Of a stretch of DNA of 64,000 bases, positions 53,644 through 64,000 are shown piece by piece. Made by a program: the position numbers and the translations under genes. The first letter of the stretch is position 1. The number at the start of each line of letters is the position of its first letter. The notes beneath the pieces are model-generated. The model had not been told where the DNA came from. It saw only the letters and a program-made list of their open reading frames with translations, and did not search any database. Origin of the DNA: Lytechinus pictus (taxonomy: Eukaryota); contig NC_087249.1 in the NCBI RefSeq assembly GCF_037042905.1, positions 9,798,001 through 9,862,000 of the forward strand, read 5' to 3'.

Positions 53644-54085
53644 AGGAGAATGAAAACCTGTGAACAAGTTGGCTTGTATTTATAACAGAAAAATCAATGA
53701 AAGATTGAGAAAAATTGAACACAAAACAAGAAAGTGATGAACATTTGATTGTGGAAGTTTATCCATAGATCTGGTGTTTGTCTTTTTTTCATGGGAGGAC
53801 AAGTATTAGAGGCGTCATGAAATAAATCATTGACAAAGAGTTTGTACTATTGTTGGAATCGTTCTGGGGTATATTTTCACTGTACATAAGGAGAGAGTTA
53901 TACTTCTGTGACATTACAAATCTTGGTCGCATTGCCAATTGGGGAATCTCCATATCATTAGTGATCTCAGCATTCAAATGCTCATAACTTTCTTACTATC
54001 TGTTCAATTTTTCTCAAACTTTCAATGCTTGGTTTCTTTGATTGTCCTGGTTTCATACATTAATTGTTCAGTGTTTCATTCTCCT
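53644..54085. mobile_element. Degenerate family C MITE
   Basis: AGGAGAATGAAA...TTTCATTCTCCT; shares TCTTGGTCGCATTGCC and GTGATCTC..ATTCAAATGCTCAT with the 7387 copy. Confidence 0.7.
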
Positions 54086-55256
54086 GTAAAATATATAAAT
54101 ACAATTGTCTGGGAATGATTTTTTTAATTGATTCTTTTAATGGATTTGCATGCCCACTTTCAGAACAGTTTTTGCATACTCACTATCGTAACACTTTCAC
54201 TTTTCACGTAAAGACTATTACTAAAGCGTAAAAGCAAAACCGAGACCATAAGTATAGCATGTCAGGAAAATACATGTGATTTAATGGATTCTTGAACGTG
54301 TTTCAAAAAGGAAATATTGCCATATACACGGTACAGCACATCTTTCATCAAATACCAATTAATAGGAATGCAGTCTTTGTCTTCATGAACTTACCAGCCA
54401 TTAACAGTTCTAGAATATCCCTCTGCATGTAGTCTCTTTCTTGCGACATTTACATAATTATGCTATTCTGCTTGTGTGTATTTATCAGGCCATTTTAATT
54501 TGAAGTTGATGTATAATTTCTCATTGTTTGTTCAAGAATTGATAATACCTCACAGCTCCTCATTGATTTTTGTATTCCTTTTTTTTCTCACATTGATTAT
54601 TCTTCTAATGTTCTAAGGAAAAAAAGAACATTATCAGAACATTGCTCTCAAAGAAAGCAATAAAATAAGAGAAAAGAGTACGTGAATATCACAATCCACT
54701 GATAAATTGTTAATTCAAGATTTACATGGATGTCAGACAATAAGAAGTGACTTAAAGGTTTTCCACTTTATTATTATTTTTTCTTTTTTTGAAGTATTTG
54801 CATTTTGTTCTGTGGCTCTTTGCTTGTATTTTTTTCATCAATCAAAAATATCTATTGTATAATCAACATTGATTATGCAAGTAGCATCAAAACTAACAAT
54901 ACATACACAATCTTGTTTCAAATTTATAACACTTTCAACTTTTTTGTTTGTATGAAAATTAAGACTTTCATCTTCTATAAAGGTTGTTTGAAGGAATTGA
55001 TTCACGCTTCATTGGTAAAAGTGATATCTTAGTTCAAAACAGAAGCTTCTTGAACTCGGTTGAATACAATATCAGAATGAATGGAAAGGTATTCATCTGT
55101 CTCAAGTACTTTCATGTCGTCATGATAAAGCATAATTAATAACTACTTCCTCTCCTGCGGTTAACCTTTAATACCAATCACCGCACAAAGCCTAGTTGCT
55201 GCTTTGTTTAATCACCTGTCATCTTTCTCTCCCCTTGGCCGTTGTCAACCCTACAG

Positions 55257-55441
55257 GAAATACTACTTACTTTCATGTGCCCACTTCAAACATGAACCCG
55301 GTGTCGCCCAGCGGGGCCGGTGGCGGTGGTGGAGGAGGAGGGGGCAACAACAACCATCTCCCTCTGAAGTTGATGGGCAAGCCGCCCAGTAGACCGAACC
55401 TCAAGGTGGTCATACCGAGCTCGAGAGGAAACATACCGAAT
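55257..55441 (+). CDS. mef2: MEF2 coding exon 5, poly-Gly and MAPK docking (D-domain)-like motif RPNLKVVIP
   Basis: Acceptor ccctacag| and donor aat|GTGAGT; 185 nt, phase 1-0. RPNLKVVIP corresponds to vertebrate RKPDLRVLIP. Confidence 0.92.
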
Positions 55442-55492
55442 GTGAGTCTCCCATCTTCCAGCTCTCTAATACATTGTATCTAGCAGAGATGT

Positions 55493-55685
55493 GGAGGTGC
55501 CGTGGCCGAGTGGTCTAAGGCGCCCGACCAGACATATCAAAATTTGGGGTTCGATCCCCCGGGCAGGGCACTTGTGCCCATAAGCATGGAATTTAATCAA
55601 CAATTCTCTTCAAATCATTCATTCAAATAAATGAAAGTGCTATATGCATTCTTAGTATAGGAAATATGTGTACAATTAAAAAAAA
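55493..55685 (+). mobile_element. tRNA-derived SINE
   Basis: A-box TGGCCGAGTGG 55503, B-box GGTTCGATCCC 55548, A-rich tail, 14-bp TSD ATCTA(G/T)CAGAGATG at 55478 and 55686. Confidence 0.8.
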
Positions 55686-56218
55686 ATCTATCAGAGATGC
55701 ATGCCAAGTGTTTCCTTTTTTTTGGCAGAATTTTATCCTTTTATAAACTACAAAATATGGCAGGTTTTATGATTTTTTTTAAAATCGAAATTATATTATA
55801 CAGATGTCTATAGGAAAATTCCAATTTTTGGCTAGTAGCTCAAAATGTAATCCTGGAAAAAAAAATTATCCTGGAATGTACTGTCCATAACATTAATGCT
55901 CATGTATATAATGTTTTCTCCTTGATTAGAAAAGTACAAGGAGACTCAAAGTCGATCAATCTTCACAGTAATACATACTGTACGGCTGAGCATGGCTTGA
56001 AGGAAATATTGAATGCTGGAGACTTGATGAATGATATGTATATTGATTTTTGGTTGGGGAGTATGGATGAAAGAAAACCATACAAAATAATTGTATGGTA
56101 TCTTTTCAAAATAATATGCGAGTCACGTTTTATCGCCAGCGTCTGATTTTTGTGTCTTTGAGAATCAACGATGTCTTTGAAAATCAACAATTTCCTTCAA
56201 AACAACTCTAAGAATTAT

Positions 56219-56483
56219 TGGACGTGTCACGGTCTAGTGGTTCTGACTCTCGTCTTTTAAACAGAGGGTCATAGGTTCGAATCCTAGCCATGGCGTGTTT
56301 TCCTTCAGCAAGAAATTTATCTACACTGTGCTGCACTTGACCCAGGTTAGGTGAATGGGTACCCGGCAGGATTAATTCCTTACATGCACTGAGCGCCGGT
56401 GATTGTAGCTCGAGCTAAAGCCCGGATAACAATAGCAAGGGCTTTATATCTTCAAGCAAAAAGCTATCATTAGTATTATGTTA
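56219..56483 (+). mobile_element. tRNA-derived SINE (second family)
   Basis: A-box-like GGTCTAGTGG, B-box GGTTCGAATCC 56274-56284, body GACCCAGGT..GTGAATGGGTACC, ATT-type tail. Confidence 0.75.
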
Positions 56484-56547
56484 TCCCATGGTTTTGAAAT
56501 CACATTATTATAAAATGTGATGTCTCTGCATTCTTCCCTCTCTCCAG

Positions 56548-56671
56548 CATGCTGCAGCAGCTCAGTTAGCAAATCAACCGTTAGCAACGCCAGCGGTGTC
56601 CTTGGCCACGCCTAGCAACCCACAGGGTCTTACCAACTATCCGTCAGCGTTACCTACAGCGTATCAAGCAG
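56548..56671 (+). CDS. mef2: MEF2 coding exon 6 (HAAAAQLANQPLATPAVSLATPSNPQGLTNYPSALPTAYQA)
   Basis: Acceptor ttccctctctccag| and donor gcag|GTAGGT; 124 nt, phase 0-1. LATPAVSLATP matches the vertebrate LATPVVSVATP p38-phosphorylated TP motif. Not in the ORF track. Confidence 0.92.
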
Positions 56672-57854
56672 GTAGGTTGCATCCTCTTTTATCTGATAAA
56701 AGAAGCTTGGTAAAGGCAAAGTACATCGAAAGGATATGTTAGTTGAATAAATGAAAGAAAAAAAAGCCTAACTATGAAAATTGCTTAAGACCTCCATATA
56801 ATGACTTCTATATTAATAATTTGGGAGGGGGGAGGATCATATTGAACCCCCTTCAGATATTGGCTGCTGATCGTGAGATCGTCGCAAAATTTTTTGCATG
56901 TAAAGGCGGATGTAAACTACAAGGCTGAATGGTAAAACTTTCTGCTAATTAAATTCTTATATTTGTTTAGTTCATTAAGTATGGAAATAATGGTATGAAA
57001 TTTTGTATGTTTTTGCTTTTAAGTGTATGTTTATTATGTCTTTAACTCACTTTAAATAATTGTAGAAAGATAATTTGGGGTGAAAATAATGGGGTTTTTT
57101 GTTACATTTTGCATTTCTAATAAATATCTACCTGAAAATGCCAAAACAATTTTTAAATATTTTATTATGTGAATTTCTCATGTATTTATTTGATATTTTT
57201 CAAACTTTTGTTTATTTTTGTTTTCGATAAACTTTATCGGGGACCCTTTTGTGATCATAATTAACCTAAAATAAATCCATTTAAACCAGCAAAAGTAAAA
57301 ATGAATCATACATTTATAATTTTGGTGGAAAACACAATTTGCTTTGACTTTGTTTAGGAAATCACGTTTTTGAGCAATTTTGGGATTGGCATGTACGTAC
57401 AAAACGTGTAGTTTCAGAACCGCATACTCGGATGTTGCAAATTTGGTATCAAAATGATGCACAAGACATGAAGGTACAAAATTTTCATGCGGTGGCGTAG
57501 TTATTTCGCCAAGTTGAAGGTTTAAAGTTGCAGAAATGTTAATGGTAAAAACATTAATTGAGGAAACTATAAAAAATGAAGTCACTTTCATGAGTTCAGC
57601 ATTTGGGTGATGAGGTTTGACAACCTTTTAGGATTATAGTTTGAAGCCTGGTACAGTGCCATATATTATTAAACACTAAGGTAATTCAAATGTTGCGGGT
57701 TCAATTTCAAAGATACTGGATTCTTGCAATGAAAATATTCGAGAATAGGAAAAAGAAACTCATTGTTTGTTAATTGATATCTTGTTCCAGTCAAGAAAAA
57801 AACATCTTTTTCAGTCTGCATTCATTAATATATTGTCTACAAAGGGCTATTTAA

Positions 57855-58788
57855 GGACATTCCACAGTTAAAGTGAAATCCATGTCATTTTCACCAAATT
57901 TTGCACATAGATACTTTAGAACCTTAATATTCGAAATATGCAAAAATTAACAGAGGTCCATGTGCTTGATTTTTTGCTATAGAGCTTCAAAGTTCACCCA
58001 AATTGATGTTCTTAAGAATTGCGCATTCAAAAGAATTTGGCATTTTTAGACCGACCAAGATTACTACAATGAGTTTAAACCTCTATTACTCAGTCAAAAT
58101 ACATGAAAAAGTCATCAAACTTCGCAAGAGAGTTAATAATTGTATCGTTAGAATGGAGAATCTATATATAGTGCTATTTGTTTGCAATTTTAAGTTTAAC
58201 AGCACTTTTAGTTCTTAAAAATGGCGTAAAAGATAACAAAATCCCAATCTACAAAATGTAAAATTTCAGTAACAAACTACAAACGTACAATAAATGCTGC
58301 ACTTTATTCAAAATCCATGTCATTTTCACCAAAATTTGCAGAGTTGTAGAGGAAGGTATACCTAAGAGGTACAAACATTAAAAAATAGGGGTTCATGTGC
58401 TTGTTTTTAAACTATCAGCATTTTTATTAGAGCAGATGTGCTTTTTAAAACACAAAAAATGCGCCGAATGCTTAGTATCTATGTGAAGAAAAAATCAAAA
58501 CCACTCTACCATTTATTCAAACTCGGGGTAATATTCGTGATTCTTGGCAGCACTGCAGAGTAAAGTATTTTGAAATTGTAGAGAATATTTTTTTGAATGG
58601 TCCATGGAATAATTCAATTTTTTAGCTTCATGAAATAACGCATCGGATCTGTAGTTAAAGTGCAGAAGATGAGAAAAATCAGCTCATATCCGCAGCTAAT
58701 TAATCACCTGTTCATCCATTGTGACGTCAGCGCGCAGAGTGTAAACTATGCGCAGATCATAATGAGCACAAACATAACTGGAACATCC
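57855..58788 (-). mobile_element. Family F copy 2 (inverted)
   Basis: TTAA|GGACATTCCACAGTTA...TAACTGGAACATCC|TTAA; reverse complement of copies 1 and 3. Confidence 0.9.
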
Positions 58789-59161
58789 TTAAAGTGACCA
58801 TGTTTTGTACCAAAGAAATCTCTTCCTCAATACATCATGATATATAGACTTCTATGCTTGGAATACCTTTTTTTGATACACACTGTATAGCCTAATAATT
58901 CTCCATTTTTTATGTGACAATTAATCAGATATACTGGTATCTGCCATAGTATTGTGTAATTCCCGAACAATTTTTTTTTTAGATAATGCATTATTTTGTG
59001 TTTTTGAACCCCCTCGCCCTCTTCCCATCATCAAAGAGAATTATTTTTTATGTAATAGTTCCACACATGATGGGAGCCCCCCCCCCCCCCCCCACACACA
59101 CACAAAGGCTGATCGAATCCAATGACTGGGGTTGTTATAAATCTGTTAAATAAGCACTTAG

Positions 59162-59487
59162 CAGGGTAGAAAATAATGTTATTTTTTAGGGGCTATTTTT
59201 CCCCCACATCAGGGCGATTGCAGAGTGTGGGGGGCTATTTCTTGCATTTTAAGGGCTACTTTTTAGGGGGTAACAAGCAATTATGCAGTAAAAGAAAATA
59301 TCATTATTCTGCCATGCAGTTTGAATATTGATTTTAAATAATCTTGAATATTTTTTATGACAGATCTTGGGGCAACTCAAGAATGAACGATCGCCCCAAC
59401 GCATGGATTTTTTGGGGAATTTGAGAGGCTATTTGGGCTGTGATGAGGGAAAAATGAAGCCTTGCCCTGGTGTATTCCCTACCCTGG
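59162..59487 (+). mobile_element. MITE with CAGGGTAG...CTACCCTG ends (hAT-like)
   Basis: Short TIR; homologous fragment at 24815-25010. Confidence 0.6.
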
Positions 59488-60434
59488 CGCACATATAGTA
59501 GAGTGTATGTCTTATTATAAATAACCAAATTATTACTATTATGTCATAATAGCAAGTGATGTGCATTTATTCACTCTCTAAAAAATGTATCACACTGTAC
59601 ATTGTGCTGGAATACTATGTACTACATATACATGTACCTTGAAGGGAACAATGGCCACCTCCCCCCCCCTCCCAGATCCCAATACCTGACATGTTATTGT
59701 AAGGATAGCGACGTTGCCGTTATTCCCTGCTTCCCCTCTCATAATGGGGTTATCCTTCCTATTGGAACCCACGCTCGGAACCAGGACGCCCCAGCCTCGC
59801 GTGAGTCACGGTTCTGCCATGCGGGGGCCGTTTTTCACTGTGCCACTGCCAAGACTTAAAGGATGTCATCAAGAGAAGTTTCTCAGAAAAGACTGGTTGT
59901 CTGTCACAGAAAGATCTTATTCAATGTTAATCAGAGGATAGGAGGTTTATAACCCTTTTAAAATTTCACATTCACTGTCTCTCTAAAATCATGCTATGGC
60001 CTCCTCTTTATGTCTATTTATCATGCAGTGCAATACTTCGATCAGATAATGTTTTAGTACCAATAACAGAGAATAAACTATTTGAGCTAGAATAGCATTA
60101 AAAAACCCCAAAACATTAAGATCTAGATCAGAGTCTTCAGTTTTCATTTATTTGGAAAACCAAAAACCAAAAAATTCAAGGAATTCAGGAGGAACACAGA
60201 AAACGCACTTTTTTCAGGCCCATAATTTTGAATTACAAAAAATACAGTGAAAATCGTGCAAAGCCAAGCATGATCCAATAAAACCAAACTGGGCAGAAGT
60301 AATAAGCATGTTTCCAAGCTTTGTGAATGGAAACATTTACCATTTATAATTGCGATGTCATGTTTCTGTACATGTCACCTAAGAACAAGGAATATAAAGT
60401 TTAGAACACCAAAGAATATTGAATTAGCATTTAA

Positions 60435-63112
60435 GGACGTTCCACAGTTATGTTTGTGCGCATTATGATCTGCGCATATTGTACACTCTGCGCGCTGACG
60501 TCACAACGGATGAACAGGCGATTAATTAGCTGTGGTTATGAGCTGATTTTTCTCATCATCTGCATGCTAACTACAGATCCGATGCATTATTTTATGAAGC
60601 TAAACAACTTGAATTATTCCATGGACCAATTTTAAAAATATGTCTACAATTTTGACATACTTTACTCTGCAATGCTGCCAAGAATCACGAATATGACCCC
60701 GAGTTTGAATAAATGGTAGAGTGGTTTTGTTTTTTGTCTTCACATAGATACAAAGCATTTGGCACATTTTTGGTGGTTTAGAAAGCACATTTTCTCTAAT
60801 AAAAATACTGATAGTTTGAAAACAAGCACATGAACCCCTATTTTTTAATGTTTGCACCTCTTATGTATACCTTCCTCTACAACTTTGCAAATGACATGGA
60901 TTTTGAATAAAGTGCAGCATTTTTTGTACTTTGGTAGTTTGTTATTGAAATTTCACATTTTTTAGATTGGGTTTTTGTTATCTCTTACGCCATTTTTAAG
61001 AACTGACAGTGCTGTTAGACTTAAAATTGCAAACAAATAGCACTAAAAATAGATTCTCCATTCTAACAATACAATGATTAACTCTCTTGCAAAATTTGAT
61101 GACTTTTTCATGTATCTTGACTGAGTAATATAGGTTTAAACTCATTGTAGTGATATTGCGAGGTCTAATAATGCCAAATTCTTTTGAATGCGCAATTCTT
61201 AAGAACACCCATTTAGGTGAACTTTGAAGCTCTATAGCAAAAAATCAAGCACATGGACCTATGTTAATTTTTGCATATTTAGAATATTCAGGTTCTAAAG
61301 TATCTATGTGCAAAGTAGTGCTGTAGCCGAACCGCCGAACCGAACGGTAGTTCGCCGAACATGGCACTTCCGAACCGAACAGAACCGAACCGAACACTAA
61401 GACTTGGTTCGGAAGTTCGGCAAAAAAAAAAAAAAAAACGGCTTTCAGCTAATAAATTTATAAGTTTACACCCTTTCTAATCATTATATTTGCGCATTCT
61501 CTATTTAATCTTCTTTGCAATTGTATGTTGGAAGTATGCGCTTATTTTGCGGTTACTAGATTTTGTTTTCATTTTCATGTTGACATTGTGGTTTTTACGG
61601 CCCTGATTAAGAAAGGAGATCCGATGAATGATGTTGCGCGAGCTTGCGCTATAATCATTTTACTGGCTTTCATCATCTCTCGCTCTGTGGCCGAATCGCC
61701 GAAGCATGGTAAAGAAAACCAAAACTGTATGAGTGTTCATTGGTTAAATCTAATTATCTAAAATATTGTTGTTTTTAGGTGGCGAACAAGATTCTTGTTT
61801 GAAAATCTTCAAAGTATTTTGAATGAACGAGCTCAATAAACTGAAAGTGAAAGATGAAGTACCATTAATATTACGAATTACGATACGATGTGATTAAGAT
61901 CGTAACTCGTGATCCAGTGAAAGTGGGAAATAAAGTGAGTGACTGTTAGAGATGGAAAGGAGAGACACAAAACAAATAATATAGAAATGAGATGAGGTGA
62001 AGTTATCTTTTTTTATTATTAGCAATCAGATGAAAATAAAAATCAAACACTCATGAATGATTACGGTATAGCATATAGCAAGATCCCCTTCCCCTCGTTG
62101 ACAAGTTGAATGAAGATAAAGCCATGCGGAAACATTCATCTCTTGGGGGAAAATGACCCCCAATCTTTACTTTTTTTTTTCCTTTCTTATCAACTTCTCA
62201 AATTAACCATAAACAATTCGATGATAACTCTACTCCCCCTGTCCCATTACAGTCGTAAAACTTTGCATCCCACTTGGTCTGTATGTTCATGGTCGAATGA
62301 AATCTGACCAATGAAATCACAGAAATCTCGGGAATTGCTCTTCAATCAGTGAGCTGAGTTTCGCGAGCAGACAAAGCACGTAGCTGTATGTACCGATGCA
62401 ACAATCAGCGACATGCGATTGGTGGTTTAGTTCACCCATCGAGCCAATTAGCGAAAGGCGAATTACAAAAGCACGCTTTCTTCGACACGCCCCTGGCCCT
62501 ACTATGCCTACAGTTCAGTGCACTGGCGCTGGCCGCCTCGTATGTGATGCAATTGCCAATCACGTTTGGCCGGACTGTATATATAAATATTCATGAGCTC
62601 AGAGTCCCGCTACAAGGGGACTGCATGCGCTGACCTAGCCTAGCCTAGCCTAGCTGGTACGATCGAGTGCAAGCAAGTATCCAAAGTGTGGTCCAGGTAT
62701 GGACGACTAGGAAGAGTCGCCATTTTAGAACTGTGAGTTACCCAATAAATCTGTCATCAGATAATCAAATTCGAGATAACAGTTGATTCGTTGAGCGCTA
62801 TAACTTTCATAGTTTCATGTCAACAAGATAGAGATACATGTAAAATCGTTTGATGTGACAGAGGTACACGCGAGCACATATCATGCAGTCAATCAAGTAC
62901 AAATTGTCTACCGGTACGCTACGTATACCTGATCTGAATGAACTATAGCTTTATCAGTCTACCATTACCGAACCCCGAACCGAACCAATGTTCGGCAAAT
63001 TTCTGCCGAACCTTGCCGAACCGAACCGAACCCGAACATGGCGCCTGACTTGCAGCACTAGTGCAAAGTTTGGTGAAAATGACATGGATTTCACTTTAAC
63101 TGTGGAACGTCC
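60435..63112 (+). mobile_element. Family F copy 3, interrupted by a hAT element
   Basis: TTAA|GGACGTTCCACAGTTA at 60435; the element resumes at 63061 and ends TAACTGTGGAACGTCC at 63112. Confidence 0.9.
61316..63060. mobile_element. Non-autonomous hAT-type transposon (1745 bp)
   Basis: Perfect 8-bp TSD GTGCAAAG (61308-61315 and 63061-63068); TIR TAGTGCTGTA / TGCAGCACTA; clustered subterminal CCGAA repeats; no transposase ORF seen. Confidence 0.92.
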
Positions 63113-63345
63113 TGAAGAAGTTTTTAAAAAAATGTGATCTTATCTAGAATCACCTCCCCAATTACGAGCTAGTCTTTCTTAACTTCATTTTCTGGGACTT
63201 TCCTTTTCACTAGAATTATATGGAATCTCATGTAACAAAATCTCAACATTTGTTGGAAGCGTAAATTATATAATTCACCTATTGTGTTCCCATGTATGAG
63301 AGTTGAATGTGGGATGGGGCCAGGGGGAAAAAACATGCAGTGCGT

Positions 63346-64000
63346 TAACTACAGATCCGATGCGTTATTTTATGAAGCTAAACAACTTGAATTATTCCAT
63401 GGACCAATTTTAAAAATATGTCTACAATTTTGACATACTTTACTCTGCAATGCTGCCAAGAATCACGAATATGACCCCGAGTTTGAATAAATGGTAGAGT
63501 GGTTTTGTTTTTTGTCTTCACATAGATACAAAGCATTTGGCACATTTTTGGTGGTTTAGAAAGCACATTTTCTCTAATAAAAATACTGATAGTTTGAAAA
63601 CAAGCACATGAACCCCTATTTTTTAATGTTTGCACCTCTTATGTATACCTTCCTCTACAACTTTGCAAATGACATGGATTTTGAATAAAGTGCAGCATTT
63701 TTTGTACTTTGGTAGTTTGTTATTGAAATTTCACATTTTTTAGATTGGGTTTTTGTTATCTCTTACGCCATTTTTAAGAACTGACAGTGCTGTTAGACTT
63801 AAGATTGCAAACAAATAGCACTAAAAATAGATTCTCCATTCTAACAATACAATGATTAACTCTCTTGCAAAATTTGATGACTTTTTCATGTATCTTGACT
63901 GAGTAATATAGGTTTAAACTCATTGTAGTGATATTGCGAGGTCTAATAATGCCAAATTCTTTTGAATGCGCAATTCTTAAGAACACCCATTTAGGTGAAC
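63346..64000 (+). mobile_element. Family F copy 4, 5'-truncated near-identical duplicate of 60568-61222
   Basis: Offset 2778; the ORF track gives an identical 85-aa translation; shares a deletion with copy 3; runs off the window. Confidence 0.9.

Noticed and set aside
55493..55575. Possible tRNA gene
   Set aside because: A and B boxes are present, but I could not fold a proper cloverleaf. It continues into a body and A-tail with a TSD, so it is a SINE. The same reasoning applies to 56219-56290.
59602..59941. ORFs as the next MEF2 exon
   Set aside because: No suitable phase-1 acceptor or MEF2-like C-terminal motifs (e.g. IKSEP); looks more like a regulatory island.
61326..61420. CCGAA(C) arrays as CRISPR-like or iteron-like repeats
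   Set aside because: Eukaryotic context and no unique spacers; they are subterminal repeats inside a TSD-bounded hAT element.
58003..63986. Repeated 70-85 aa ORFs (MFLRIAHSKEFG..., MQTLKNRGSC...)
   Set aside because: They recur only because they lie in family F repeat copies; no transposase motifs.

Overview
AT-rich eukaryotic genomic DNA from an invertebrate animal. The repeat landscape and protein sequence suggest a deuterostome, probably a sea urchin; this is an inference. The window is dominated by one large + strand gene encoding the MADS-box transcription factor MEF2. Six coding exons join in frame through GT-AG introns: 23246-23299, 26582-26785, 48970-49122, 50552-50918, 55257-55441 and 56548-56671. 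A probable 78-nt cassette exon lies at 52988-53065. No stop-containing exon was found, so the 3' end probably lies beyond the window. The rest is intronic or upstream DNA holding many non-autonomous DNA transposons (Kolobok-like with TTAA, hAT-like with an 8-bp TSD, Tc1/mariner-like with TA, Harbinger-like with a 3-bp TSD), two tRNA-derived SINEs, a C-rich minisatellite and several motif-rich candidate cis-regulatory islands. The main leads are: the candidate cassette exon behind a ~208-nt AG-free tract; a cluster of MEF2 sites at the putative upstream promoter; two uORFs; a fourfold RxSLSPxP motif expansion; a promoter-like core inside a nested hAT element; a templated inverted insertion; and strong over-representation of TA-NN-NN-TA palindromes (TACATGTA, TAGGCCTA) that resemble transposon excision footprints. 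Almost all other entries in the ORF track appear spurious.
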